Position numbers and translations under genes: made by a program. From positions 1 to 64,000 of IMG/VR virus record IMGVR_UViG_3300013121_000038: DNA of 64,000 nucleotides; one strand, 5' to 3'. Within the stretch, counting starts at the first letter, position 1; every line of letters begins with the position of its first letter. The stretch comes from a virus (taxonomy: Duplodnaviria; Caudoviricetes). Positions 55,455 through 64,000 of this stretch are shown piece after piece. A model generated the notes under the pieces. That model was given only the letters and a program-made list of their open reading frames with translations, was not told where the DNA came from and searched no databases.

Positions 55455-55991
55455 CTACGCCTGGCCCGCCTGCTTCATGACCTCCTGGACCGCCGCCGGC
55501 GTGAACGGGAGCGGGGCGGGGGCGGGGCCTGGCGCCGGCGCGGGGGCAGGAGCGGGCGCCGTCTGGGTGGTGGGGGCCGGGGCCGCCTGCTTCTGGGCCT
55601 GCTGCGTGGGCGTCGCCGTGGCCTTCTTCTCCGCCACCGGGAAGGTGGTCTCGCGCCAGGTCTTCATGGAGCCGATGGTGGCGAGGAGCTCGGTGTCGAA
55701 GGCGGTGATGAGGGTGGGGTTGTGCTGGCCCTGGTTGTTGCCGGCGAGCTTCTCGCGGGCGTTGACGAGAGCCTCCACCTGCTTGCGCAGCTCGTAGATG
55801 TCGTAGGAGACGCTGGTCTGACCGGAGCCCTCCTGCGCCTGGTAGCCGACTCCGACCTCGGCCTTGTTGTTGCCCCTCGTCTTCGAGATGGCCATCTCGG
55901 CGGCGACGACGGCCTTGTTCGCAGCCTTGGTTGCCTTCGTTGCAGAGCGCTTCGCCTTGATGGCTGAGCGGTCGTAGACTCCACGTGGCAT
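55455..55991 (-). CDS. Basic K/A-rich protein with PA-rich tail
   Basis: Start MPRGVYDRS at 55991; variant motif GGTGGTAAGAAG at 56032-56043. Confidence 0.7.
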   Translation of the reverse strand: MPRGVYDRSAIKAKRSATKATKAANKAVVAAEMAISKTRGNNKAEVGVGYQAQEGSGQTSVSYDIYELRKQVEALVNAREKLAGNNQGQHNPTLITAFDTELLATIGSMKTWRETTFPVAEKKATATPTQQAQKQAAPAPTTQTAPAPAPAPAPGPAPAPLPFTPAAVQEVMKQAGQA

Positions 55992-56060
55992 CGGGTCTTC
56001 CTTTCGCGTCTTGGGTGAGAGACGACTTCTTCTTCTTACCACCTCATGTGTGAAAAGCAA

Positions 56061-56243
56061 CTACCTCTTCTCTTCTTTCAACAAGTCGGCTCTCTCGAAG
56101 AACTGGTCGACGATGACCTGCACCAGCTTGCTCATCGAGACCGGCTTCCCCAAGTTGGCAGAGAGCTCGCGACGGAGCTCTTCGAGGCGCCGCTTGGTGG
56201 CTCTGGAGAATCTGACTTCGGTGCGCGGGTCGTTCGCAGCCAT
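56061..56243 (-). CDS. Ribbon-helix-helix-like regulator
   Basis: RTEVRFSRATKRRLEELRR...SMSKLVQVIVDQFF; the start could be 56273. Confidence 0.55.
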   Translation of the reverse strand: MAANDPRTEVRFSRATKRRLEELRRELSANLGKPVSMSKLVQVIVDQFFERADLLKEEKR

Positions 56244-56417
56244 TTGGGCTAAGATGTGGGTGTCAGTGGACAAATCGAGAAACCTGGCTTCTCACTCAGC
56301 TTTCTAGCACATCCCACTCGGTGATTCGTCGGCGCCAGCAGGTTGTTTTCCCAGTCCTAAATGGGTAGAACCCGCCAGGCAGCCCTGCTGTTCCGGTGAC
56401 AAAAGGAGCTCTACACG

Positions 56418-56744
56418 ATGGGCGCACAGGAAGAGGACCTCGTCCTCGACAAGTTGGTGAGTGGTGACAGGCCGTCCCTCTACGCCGCCGGCATGGTGGC
56501 CGCCCAGGCGCTCAAGGACACAGGCACAGCGGTCTTCATGCTCGACGTGCTGGGCCGAGTCCACCTCGTTCCGCCGCAGCTCGTCGAGGTGAAGCGACGC
56601 CCCAAGCTGAGCGACGACGAACTGAATGCTCTCGACGAGAATGAAGCTCTTGGCTTGCTGGTGAAGCAAGGCGAGGATGAGGAGAGCATCATCGCTTACG
56701 TGAGGCGGCGGGCCGCCGCGCAGTCAGAGAAAGGGGTCCTGTGA
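56418..56744 (+). CDS. Hypothetical protein
   Basis: 108 aa, AAGGAG RBS. Confidence 0.65.
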   Translation: MGAQEEDLVLDKLVSGDRPSLYAAGMVAAQALKDTGTAVFMLDVLGRVHLVPPQLVEVKRRPKLSDDELNALDENEALGLLVKQGEDEESIIAYVRRRAAAQSEKGVL

Positions 56745-56980
56745 TGGCGACGCAAGTCTGCGACAGAACCCCTTGCGAGTACATGAAGGCCACCATCGAC
56801 GCTCTCATCTCGAACTCGTACGTGCAGGACCGTTTCAGCATCATGGTGCAGTCGCAGCTCGACCCCAGGATCTCGTTCCTCGTGCCGTTGAAGTACTGCC
56901 CCTTCTGCGGAACGCGTATCGATCCAGCATGGGTCAGTGGCTTCTACAAGATGACCGGCTCGATGCGAGAAGTCGGATAA
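56741..56980 (+). CDS. Small Cys protein
   Basis: YCPFCGTRI. Confidence 0.6.
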   Translation: MMATQVCDRTPCEYMKATIDALISNSYVQDRFSIMVQSQLDPRISFLVPLKYCPFCGTRIDPAWVSGFYKMTGSMREVG

Positions 56981-56983
56981 CCC

Positions 56984-57616
56984 ATGCCGAACCCGGTCAC
57001 CGCAGTACCTGCCACACCTCTGCCGATCGACGCGAACGTCAACGCGGCCGCAGAGGCGTTTCTCACCTCTCTTCTCCAGATCTTCGAGCACGGCACCACA
57101 GGGCTCTCTGGACAAGAGAACACCGACCCCTCTTACCAGCAGCTAGACGGGGCTGGGACCATCGGCCCCATGGTCCTTCGCTCGCGTGAGCAGCAGCTCT
57201 TCTTCAGGCAGGTAGGGCTTGCGCTGGCCAAGAACTTCGCCAACCTCACCGTCACCGTCCCAGAGCCGTACTTCTCCCAGTCGTACACCAGCGACGGCGT
57301 GACGCGTGGAGACGCGGTGGTGATGACCTCAGAGGGGCATGTGGGACCTGGGTCCTGCACCACTGACGTCGGCTCCCTCCTCGTCGGAATGGCCAGGGAC
57401 GACGCCAGCGCCGGCGCCACAGTGGTTGTGGTGCTCTTCGGCTCCTTCTTCGACGTCCTCGTCGGAGCAGCTCTCAACGAGGAGTTCTTCCTCGGCCCGA
57501 CTGGTCGCCCAGTGCGCTTCGATGACCTCGTACCTGGGCAGCGCATCATCCGTCTCGGCTACGCCAGTTCTTCCACGGACCTCGAAGTCCGCATCGACGA
57601 CCTCGGAGTGAGGTAA
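56984..57616 (+). CDS. Virion protein with DUF2190/cement-like C-terminal domain
   Basis: GDAVVM...LVGMARDDASAGATVVVVLFG...FLGPTG. Confidence 0.6.
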   Translation: MPNPVTAVPATPLPIDANVNAAAEAFLTSLLQIFEHGTTGLSGQENTDPSYQQLDGAGTIGPMVLRSREQQLFFRQVGLALAKNFANLTVTVPEPYFSQSYTSDGVTRGDAVVMTSEGHVGPGSCTTDVGSLLVGMARDDASAGATVVVVLFGSFFDVLVGAALNEEFFLGPTGRPVRFDDLVPGQRIIRLGYASSSTDLEVRIDDLGVR

Positions 57617-57619
57617 TTC

Positions 57620-58993
57620 ATGGGCGGCTTCTTCGCACACACCGGCGGCTCTCCATCTGGATACACCGCTCTTCCAGTCACCACGTTCGACACTCTGCTC
57701 GACGCCATCGTGACCGATGTCGGCGCAGGCCAGAACGGCTGGACGCTCTACGACGACCAGCGAAGCGCTTTCACGCCTCTCGTACTGCCGTGCAACGTGA
57801 ACGGCCTGAACATCACCAACCAAGGAATCGTTTTCACGAACGGCTCCTCGGCCATCTCGCAGAACACTTACGGCCGCTTCCGGAGGAACTGGGTCCCTGG
57901 CATCTCTGGCACATACATCTCGGTCGACCAGACCAACTGGTACTACTGCTCGGCCATCGCCTCTCAGACGGCAGCCACTCTCGATCGCAACTACACCGGC
58001 ACGACGACCTCTGCTGCAACCGGCCACAACATCTACGAGAAGAGTGGGCCGTACATCGTCTTGAAGCACACGAGCTCGCAGAGGACTTTCTACGTCATGC
58101 TGTGCAGGCCGGTCTCCTACGGCGCTGGCCTACGAGTGCAGGTCTTCGAGACCTGGAACGCCGGCACGCACGTCGGCACCAACGGTGGGCCGCAAGAAGA
58201 GATGCGCTGCTTCGAGGACGGCAATGGTCGTTCAGGAGCCACCGTTCTTCAGTACCTTCTGTTCCTTCTGCCAGACGCATTCGGGCTGTGGCTTGGTGGA
58301 GCTGCATCAGAGCCTGGCGTCACCATGTCGGACTTCTTCTACACCGGCAACCTCAACCCTCTGCGCGTCGGCGACGACACCTGCCTGATTCAGGCATGTA
58401 CCAGTCAGGATCTCTCCGGCATCAAGGTCGATGCCACCCCTGCCTATAGTGTTGCCACCGCCAACAACCGCATCGGCGGGGCGGCGATGTTCAGAAACAT
58501 CGCTGGTACTGTGTGGGTAGATCCGAGAGCCGTCGCATCGTGGACTGGGTCCAACGAATACGCCATCGTACCGAGGGGCTTCTCGTATCAGTTCGGCATC
58601 GATCGGACCAACCTCGACGACGGCGCCAAGTTCCAGTTCTGCGAGATGGACGCCTACTGGACCGGGCCTACTGGCAGCGGCTTCGACAAGAACGAGGGCA
58701 AGCGTGGGGAGCTGAGGTACGTGAAAGTGCCGGTGATGAATCCGTCCGGTCTTCACTTCGCTTCTCTCGGACCGGCGGATGACGGCAACACGTACGTCCT
58801 CTTCGGCACTAGCGGTCCGAACACTCAAAGTGCTGCTCCCACCAGCTACGTCGGAGATGTGGTCTACAACACAGCTACTTTCAGCGGTTTTGCCTGGTCG
58901 CTGAGAAATGGAACCTTGGGCCAGGTCTCTGTCAGTGGCTCCCTCAACGTCTTGTTCACCACTCGCTGGTTCATGATGCCCATCAACCTGTAG
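57620..58993 (+). CDS. Beta-rich virion/fibre protein
   Basis: 457 aa, G/T/S/N-rich. Confidence 0.65.
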   Translation: MGGFFAHTGGSPSGYTALPVTTFDTLLDAIVTDVGAGQNGWTLYDDQRSAFTPLVLPCNVNGLNITNQGIVFTNGSSAISQNTYGRFRRNWVPGISGTYISVDQTNWYYCSAIASQTAATLDRNYTGTTTSAATGHNIYEKSGPYIVLKHTSSQRTFYVMLCRPVSYGAGLRVQVFETWNAGTHVGTNGGPQEEMRCFEDGNGRSGATVLQYLLFLLPDAFGLWLGGAASEPGVTMSDFFYTGNLNPLRVGDDTCLIQACTSQDLSGIKVDATPAYSVATANNRIGGAAMFRNIAGTVWVDPRAVASWTGSNEYAIVPRGFSYQFGIDRTNLDDGAKFQFCEMDAYWTGPTGSGFDKNEGKRGELRYVKVPVMNPSGLHFASLGPADDGNTYVLFGTSGPNTQSAAPTSYVGDVVYNTATFSGFAWSLRNGTLGQVSVSGSLNVLFTTRWFMMPINL

Positions 58994-58996
58994 ACC

Positions 58997-59575
58997 ATGG
59001 CTACTCCGCACCGCTACTGGCGCATCAACATCGCCCTCGCCAATGGCGCTAGCAGCTACACTTCTATGAGTGAGGTGCAGCTCAGAGATGTGGTTGGTGG
59101 TCCTGATCGCACTGGCTCCGGCACTGCGTCGGCCAGTTCGGCCTATTCAGGCTACCCAGCGTCGAGCGCGGTCGATAACACGACGGCCACGTCATGGGCT
59201 TCCTTTCCCAACTACGTCCCGCAGTGGTGGGCGTACGACTTCGGTCCAGGTGTCGCCTACGACATCATTGAAGTGGTGATCTCAGCACGTGCGGATGGCT
59301 ACCCCCACGAAGCGCCGACCGACTTCACTATCGAATGGAGCGACAATGGTGCGGACTGGACGGTAGCCGCCCATCTCCTCACAACAGTGTGGACTGGTAA
59401 CGGAGAGAGCAAGAGCTTCTTCACCCGCACCCCGCACCTCGTTGCCCGCTCTGCTGACAACGCGCCTAGCGGGGTACGCTCTGTCGCTCGTCCCGCCAAG
59501 AACCTCATCACGACGGCTGGCTCGTCGACAAGTGCTCGCAAGAACGGCTCCAAGCTGAGCCCAGGAGTCGGCTAG
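58997..59575 (+). CDS. Discoidin (F5/8 type C)-like protein
   Basis: HRYWRI, ASASS.YSGY.AS.AVD...W, QWWAYDFG, P.DFTIEWSDNG.DWT. Confidence 0.75.
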   Translation: MATPHRYWRINIALANGASSYTSMSEVQLRDVVGGPDRTGSGTASASSAYSGYPASSAVDNTTATSWASFPNYVPQWWAYDFGPGVAYDIIEVVISARADGYPHEAPTDFTIEWSDNGADWTVAAHLLTTVWTGNGESKSFFTRTPHLVARSADNAPSGVRSVARPAKNLITTAGSSTSARKNGSKLSPGVG

Positions 59576-60427
59576 GTGGAGTTCTGGGCAGATCGCGTGC
59601 TTTCTCTCAACCCGGTCGCCTTCTGGCGTCTAAACGACGCCTCCGCTCCGTTCTTTGACTCCGGGCCGAACGGTCTGCACTCGTCCGGGTACGCCTTCGC
59701 CCATGGCTACCGTCAGACCGCTTACGCACTGGTCGAACATCAAGATCTACTAGGCCCGCTGCTATGGGGAGGTGGGTCTAGTAGCAGCGCGCAGTTCACC
59801 GCCAGCTCTCTCTATGACTTTGAGTGGGACCAAGCGTTCGCCGCTTTTGCCTGGTTCTACCCAATAGGCAACGCTGGGCCTCTTGTCTGCAAGGCGAACG
59901 GTGCGGGAACTCTTGGATGGGAGTTCGGTCTTGACACCGGCCGTCCGTTCTTCGCGATGTACCAATCAGGCGCCGTCTACATCAAGGTGATGGCCACCGA
60001 CTCGGTGTCGTTCACGGCGATGAACGGCATCGCCTTTACCTACGATGGCTCTGGCACTCCAGAAGGAGTCGCCCTCTACTTGAATGGTCGCCTACTCGCA
60101 TCGACAGCTACCGGGGTCGCGTCCTTCTCTTCAGGCTCCATCAAGGCACCGGATCGAGTAACCATCGCGTACCGAGGTACGGTCGTTGGTGGCGGGTCAG
60201 CCCTGTACGGACGTCAGGGGGACACGGTGGTTTTCGGCCCAGGCTACCCCTCGACACTTGCGGTAGATATCTTCGGCTTCGCAGCGGATGTAGTCGCAAG
60301 ATACGCTGCCGAAGACGCCGGCTACGTCCGCTCCGTCTCCCGCCCGGCCAAGAACCTCCGAAGCCTCACGTCCTCCACAAGCACCCGTCGCAGGAAGCGG
60401 CGCAAGGTCAACCCCGGAGTCAACTAG
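59576..60427 (+). CDS. LamG/ConA-like lectin domain protein
   Basis: PVAFWRLND...DSGPNG, F...AWF, IAFTYDG....LYLNG. Confidence 0.75.
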   Translation: MEFWADRVLSLNPVAFWRLNDASAPFFDSGPNGLHSSGYAFAHGYRQTAYALVEHQDLLGPLLWGGGSSSSAQFTASSLYDFEWDQAFAAFAWFYPIGNAGPLVCKANGAGTLGWEFGLDTGRPFFAMYQSGAVYIKVMATDSVSFTAMNGIAFTYDGSGTPEGVALYLNGRLLASTATGVASFSSGSIKAPDRVTIAYRGTVVGGGSALYGRQGDTVVFGPGYPSTLAVDIFGFAADVVARYAAEDAGYVRSVSRPAKNLRSLTSSTSTRRRKRRKVNPGVN

Positions 60428-62047
60428 ATGCTCATCCTCAAGACAGGACAGGATGCTCTGGTGCCGGTCGTCTTGAACGACGCCACGACGGGGAACGCCT
60501 ACAACGGCGCGCTCTACAACAACGTCTTGGCCACCATCATCAAGAACGATGGCACGGTGGTGGACCTCGGCGAGCTTGCACCAACGGACTGGACGCAGAT
60601 CGAGACCGGGGCCTACTCGTTGCGCGGCTACTACCTGCTCAAGATCCCGGCCAGCGCCATCGATCAAGAGGGCATGCTGCACTACGGCGTGGCTGTGACT
60701 GGCGTTGAGTTCTACCCAGGCGTCGCCACGGTGCGCGCCAACACCGAGAAGAACATCTTCGATCGCATCGGCGCCCCAGTCGGTGCCAGCATCTCCGCTG
60801 ACATCCAGAACATCAGCGCCGCAGTCGGTGGCGAGGGAGGCTTCCAGGCCGCAGACCGCCAGACGCTCCTCGACGTGAAGGCGAAGACTGATCTTCTTCC
60901 GACTGATCCAGCCGACCAGAGCCTGGTCGAGGCCGCCGTCGCTGCGACCTTCACGGCATCGGACCGCTCGAATCTCGGCGCCATCAAGGCCAAGACAGAC
61001 AACCTGCCAGCAGTGCCGGCGTCTCAGGGCGACGTCACCACGGCCCGAGACAACGTCAACACCAACACGAACTCCAGAGCCACAGAGCTCAAGGGCACGA
61101 GCTGGAACGGCACCAACGACACGCTGCACCAGCTCCGTCTCAAGGCTGACTCCATCGACGCGAAGACGGCGAATCTTCCCGCTGACCCGGCGAGCGAGAG
61201 TGGTCTTGGTGGCGCAGGCTACGATCCTCTCACCGACTCTCTTCACCAGCTCCAGCTCGCCATCTCGGCAACTGTCAGCGGAGAAGGCGGCTTCGGCCCG
61301 ACGGACCGGGCCACCATCCAGGCCATCGAGGCTCTGCTTCCGCCTGCCGGCGTCATCGCATCGAACCTCGACGTGGAAGCAGCCATGGGTGTGGACACAA
61401 CGAACTCGCCTTTCAACGTGAAGCGCACCATCTCCGAGGTGTACGTCTACGCCAGGAACAACATCCACGCGAAGACCACCAACCTGCCAGCCGACCCAGC
61501 CTCCAACACGGTGGTGAACGCCAGAGCCACCGAGATGAAGGGCTCTGGATGGGCTGCGACCGACTCTCTCAAGGACATCAAGAGCTCCATCGTCGCCTCG
61601 AACTTCACCCAGGCCGATCGAGACGCCATCAACGACACCAACGCCGACGTCAACAGCATGCGGACCGTGGTCGACAACATCCGCTCCGAGACGGTTGCCA
61701 TCAAGGGGAAGACGGACAATCTCCCAGTCGACCCGGCCTCGAACAGCCACATCGACATCGCCGTCGGTGCTGGTGCCAACGCCTTCACCGAAACCGAACG
61801 CCAGGCGCTCATGGACATCAAGGCGAAGACCGACAACCTGCCTCCAGACCCGGCGGCGGCTTCCGCCGCTTTCGGCTCCGCTGACAGAGACGTCATGAGC
61901 TCCATTCGTGCGAAGACGGACCTCTTGCCGCCTGACCCGGCGTCCACCACCAGCATCACGGCTCTCTCGAACAAGGTGGGTACGCCGAGAGCCACGGTCT
62001 CTCAGGACATCGCTGACGTGACGGACGTCGTTCTGTCGAACGGGTGA
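60428..62047 (+). CDS. Repeat-rich fibre/whisker protein
   Basis: Seven [IV].[AG]KT.[NL]LP.[DV]PA repeats with interspersed F...[DE]R motifs. Confidence 0.75.
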   Translation: MLILKTGQDALVPVVLNDATTGNAYNGALYNNVLATIIKNDGTVVDLGELAPTDWTQIETGAYSLRGYYLLKIPASAIDQEGMLHYGVAVTGVEFYPGVATVRANTEKNIFDRIGAPVGASISADIQNISAAVGGEGGFQAADRQTLLDVKAKTDLLPTDPADQSLVEAAVAATFTASDRSNLGAIKAKTDNLPAVPASQGDVTTARDNVNTNTNSRATELKGTSWNGTNDTLHQLRLKADSIDAKTANLPADPASESGLGGAGYDPLTDSLHQLQLAISATVSGEGGFGPTDRATIQAIEALLPPAGVIASNLDVEAAMGVDTTNSPFNVKRTISEVYVYARNNIHAKTTNLPADPASNTVVNARATEMKGSGWAATDSLKDIKSSIVASNFTQADRDAINDTNADVNSMRTVVDNIRSETVAIKGKTDNLPVDPASNSHIDIAVGAGANAFTETERQALMDIKAKTDNLPPDPAAASAAFGSADRDVMSSIRAKTDLLPPDPASTTSITALSNKVGTPRATVSQDIADVTDVVLSNG

Positions 62048-62050
62048 TAA

Positions 62051-62893
62051 ATGGCTACCCCGAGAATCATCAACGAGATCTCGCACGACACCCGAGCGAC
62101 TCTTCAGCATTCGCACTCTCGTGGTGGCTTCAAGGAGATCGTAAGAGATCTCACTGGGCTTCTTACCGACATCATCATCTGGGTCGACTCAGGTAAGACG
62201 AGGAAGATTCGCGAGACTCATCTCACACGAGTGCTCGGCAAGCTGACCAGCGTCACCAAGAAGCAGTACGACATGGACGGCAACCTGGTGGAGCAGTACA
62301 CCCAGGATTTCGACCGAGACGGCACCGGCAAGGTCGTCGACATTCGGTTGTCGGCCACCGTCTTCCCAACAGGCATCGGCGGGCAGCCTGTAGGGGCGGC
62401 TGGTTCGGTCCAGATTCGCTCAGCCGGTCTGCCTCTTGGCGGCGCTGGCACTCTCGACTTCTTGGACGCCACCGTGGCCGTCAACAATGGTGTGGCGTCC
62501 ATCAGCACAGGGGTGGCGGGCGGCTCTCCGAACTCCTTCACCGGCATCTGTCTCAACACCATTCAGGTGGGCGATCTCGTCTTCGCGGCTGGGCCGAATC
62601 GGACCGTGGACCTCGCCGACCCGGTCAACATGACCAAGATGCCGGTCATCGGCATTGTGAGCTCGAAGCCTACACCGTCTTCATGCATCGTCCAGACGAC
62701 TGGCATCGCCACTGGTCTCTCGGGTCTCACCGCAGGGCAGTACGTCTTCATCGGAAGAAACGGGAGACCGACTATGACGTCTCCCACTCCAGCGCTTGGT
62801 GAGACACTTGTCCACCAGCCGCTGGGCATCGCCATCGACTCCACCTCGATGGTCTTGTGTCTCAGCATCATCACCACCCGAGTGCGGGGGTAA
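62051..62893 (+). CDS. Virion protein with cement-like C-terminal domain
   Basis: VGDLVF...VIGIVSSK...GLSGLTAGQYVFIG; similar to 56984-57616. Confidence 0.6.
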   Translation: MATPRIINEISHDTRATLQHSHSRGGFKEIVRDLTGLLTDIIIWVDSGKTRKIRETHLTRVLGKLTSVTKKQYDMDGNLVEQYTQDFDRDGTGKVVDIRLSATVFPTGIGGQPVGAAGSVQIRSAGLPLGGAGTLDFLDATVAVNNGVASISTGVAGGSPNSFTGICLNTIQVGDLVFAAGPNRTVDLADPVNMTKMPVIGIVSSKPTPSSCIVQTTGIATGLSGLTAGQYVFIGRNGRPTMTSPTPALGETLVHQPLGIAIDSTSMVLCLSIITTRVRG

Positions 62894-62897
62894 ACCG

Positions 62898-62926
62898 TTC
62901 CCACACTCATACCCGGATGTTACAGT
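62898..62926 (+). promoter_or_regulatory. Sigma70-like promoter TTCCCA-N17-TACAGT (with extended -10 TG)
   Basis: Intergenic; same class as 9254, 18112 and 36022. Confidence 0.55.
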
Positions 62927-62949
62927 CACCCACGTTCCAGGAGTCCTGT

Positions 62950-63372
62950 ATGGCCAAGAAGACCGTCACCCCGATCATCAAGGACCTCGCTCCAGCCGCC
63001 GCTCCGGCCCCCAACGGCAACGGAGCCACTCACCCGCTCGCCATCGACGAGTTGAGCCTCCTGCGTCTCACCAGAGCTGCCGAGAAGGGCCGCGCGGCCA
63101 ATCTGGAGCTTCAGCTCGCCTCGAATGCCATCAATGGCCTCTTCCAGAGGTGGCTCCAGGAGAACGAAGAGGCGAAGAAGCTGAACGCCCGCATCGTGGA
63201 GCTCCAGGCAGAGGCCAAGAAGGCGCAAGACGACTACACCGAGATCGTCAAGAAGATCGACGCCGAGCTGAAGATCGACCTGAAGGAGTACTCCTACGAC
63301 GACGAGACGGGGGTGCTCCACAAGCTGCCTGCTGCGCCACCGCCAGCGGCGCCAGCTCAGCCAGCCCAGTAA
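62950..63372 (+). CDS. Coiled-coil hypothetical protein
   Basis: Start MAKKTV at 62950 with AGGAG RBS. Confidence 0.7.
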   Translation: MAKKTVTPIIKDLAPAAAPAPNGNGATHPLAIDELSLLRLTRAAEKGRAANLELQLASNAINGLFQRWLQENEEAKKLNARIVELQAEAKKAQDDYTEIVKKIDAELKIDLKEYSYDDETGVLHKLPAAPPPAAPAQPAQ

Positions 63373-63387
63373 CCAAGGAGCAGTCCG

Positions 63388-64000
63388 ATGGCCCTTCGTC
63401 GCTTCCTCTTCCAGACCATTGCCGCTGGTTCGGCGTACTTCGACTCCAGCCAGGACTCGGATGAAGTATCGCTGGCGAAGGTCACTCTCGTCACGGGAGT
63501 CGGTGGAGTAGGTCTCGACGCTGGCACCACTGACTTCACCAACGTCAGGAAGGCGACGTTCGTCACCGGCGTTGCCGGAGTAGCCATCGACGCTGGCGGG
63601 CTGAGGATCACCAACCTCAACCTCACTCCATCAGCCAACAGCGACGCCGTCTCGAAGCAGTACGTCGACAACATCGCCGCTGGTGTGGACTGGAAGGCCT
63701 CGGTCCGCGTCGCCCTCACCACCAACCTGGCGAACCCGACGACGGCGCCAGGAGCCAACGTCGACGGCGTTGCGATGGTGGCAGGAGACCGCTTCCTCCT
63801 CATCGGTCAGACGGCGCCTGCTGAGAACGGCATTTACGTCTGGACCAACGCCACCTCGGCTGCCAGAGCCGCTGATGCTTCTGCTGGCACGCTGACGTCT
63901 GGTGCTGCCGTCTTCGTGGCAGAAGGCACGCAGGACAACAAGGCCTTCATTCTCACCACCAACGATCCGATCACGGTCGGCACCACAGGGCAGGCGTGGA
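63388..64000 (+). CDS. Tail fibre protein (partial)
   Basis: Hand-translated: RITNL...DAVSKQYVD...GVDWKASVRVA...GDRFLLIGQ...ENGIYV; AAGGAG RBS; open to the window end. Confidence 0.75.
   Translation, partial: MALRRFLFQTIAAGSAYFDSSQDSDEVSLAKVTLVTGVGGVGLDAGTTDFTNVRKATFVTGVAGVAIDAGGLRITNLNLTPSANSDAVSKQYVDNIAAGVDWKASVRVALTTNLANPTTAPGANVDGVAMVAGDRFLLIGQTAPAENGIYVWTNATSAARAADASAGTLTSGAAVFVAEGTQDNKAFILTTNDPITVGTTGQAW

Larger units (their letters stand above)
1..64000. mobile_element. Segment of a large myovirus-type phage genome
   Basis: Terminase, protease, capsid, sheath, tube, spike, primase/helicase and a phage RNAP are densely packed. No host core genes, att site or integrase are visible, so free phage versus prophage cannot be settled from this window. 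Confidence 0.95.

Noticed and set aside
1-64000. CRISPR array, tRNA or rRNA genes
   Set aside because: I saw no regularly spaced nucleotide repeats or cloverleaf-like intergenic segments, and intergenic space is minimal. tRNAscan was not run.
1-64000. Stop-codon reassignment
   Set aside because: TAG, TGA and TAA all end genes that are immediately followed by new starts, and conserved proteins are full length under the standard code.
57620-64000. Diversity-generating retroelement or invertase system on the fibre genes
   Set aside because: No reverse transcriptase, recombinase or template/variable repeat pair is visible in the window.

Overview
The whole window reads as part of a large, high-GC, tailed (myovirus-type) bacteriophage genome. 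I see no host housekeeping genes, rRNA, tRNA, CRISPR array or integrase. Minus strand: a replication/early block (1-9173) with a Cys-rich putative SSB, DnaG primase, DnaB-like helicase, family-4 uracil-DNA glycosylase and SF2 helicase, plus four small minus-strand gene islands (one with RNase HII) inside the structural region. Plus strand: probable portal, a single-chain beta-beta' RNA polymerase of about 2100 aa, baseplate spike, large terminase, prohead protease, scaffolds, major capsid protein, neck proteins, tail sheath, tail tube and fibre/adhesin genes. Three patterns are not explained by standard annotation. (1) A peptide tag, F-x-D-E-L-x-K-I-[AS], recurs in about 10 otherwise unrelated head-region proteins. 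A shorter K-x-[AS] motif is dense in head proteins and borders Gly-zipper cationic cassettes, one of which is shared between two genes. I infer a capsid cargo-loading and proteolytic release system for membrane-active proteins, including a J-domain protein and a HExxH peptidase. (2) There are two strand-specific promoter classes: GG[CG]ATAAGA before minus-strand genes and sigma70-like TT[GC]CCA-N17/18-TAnnnT before plus-strand genes, including the RNAP gene. This suggests a virion-packaged RNAP for early genes and host RNAP for late genes. (3) The RNAP is streamlined, lacks the beta' N-terminal Zn ribbon and has an altered rifampicin pocket and trigger loop. All assignments come from reading motifs by eye; no searches were run.
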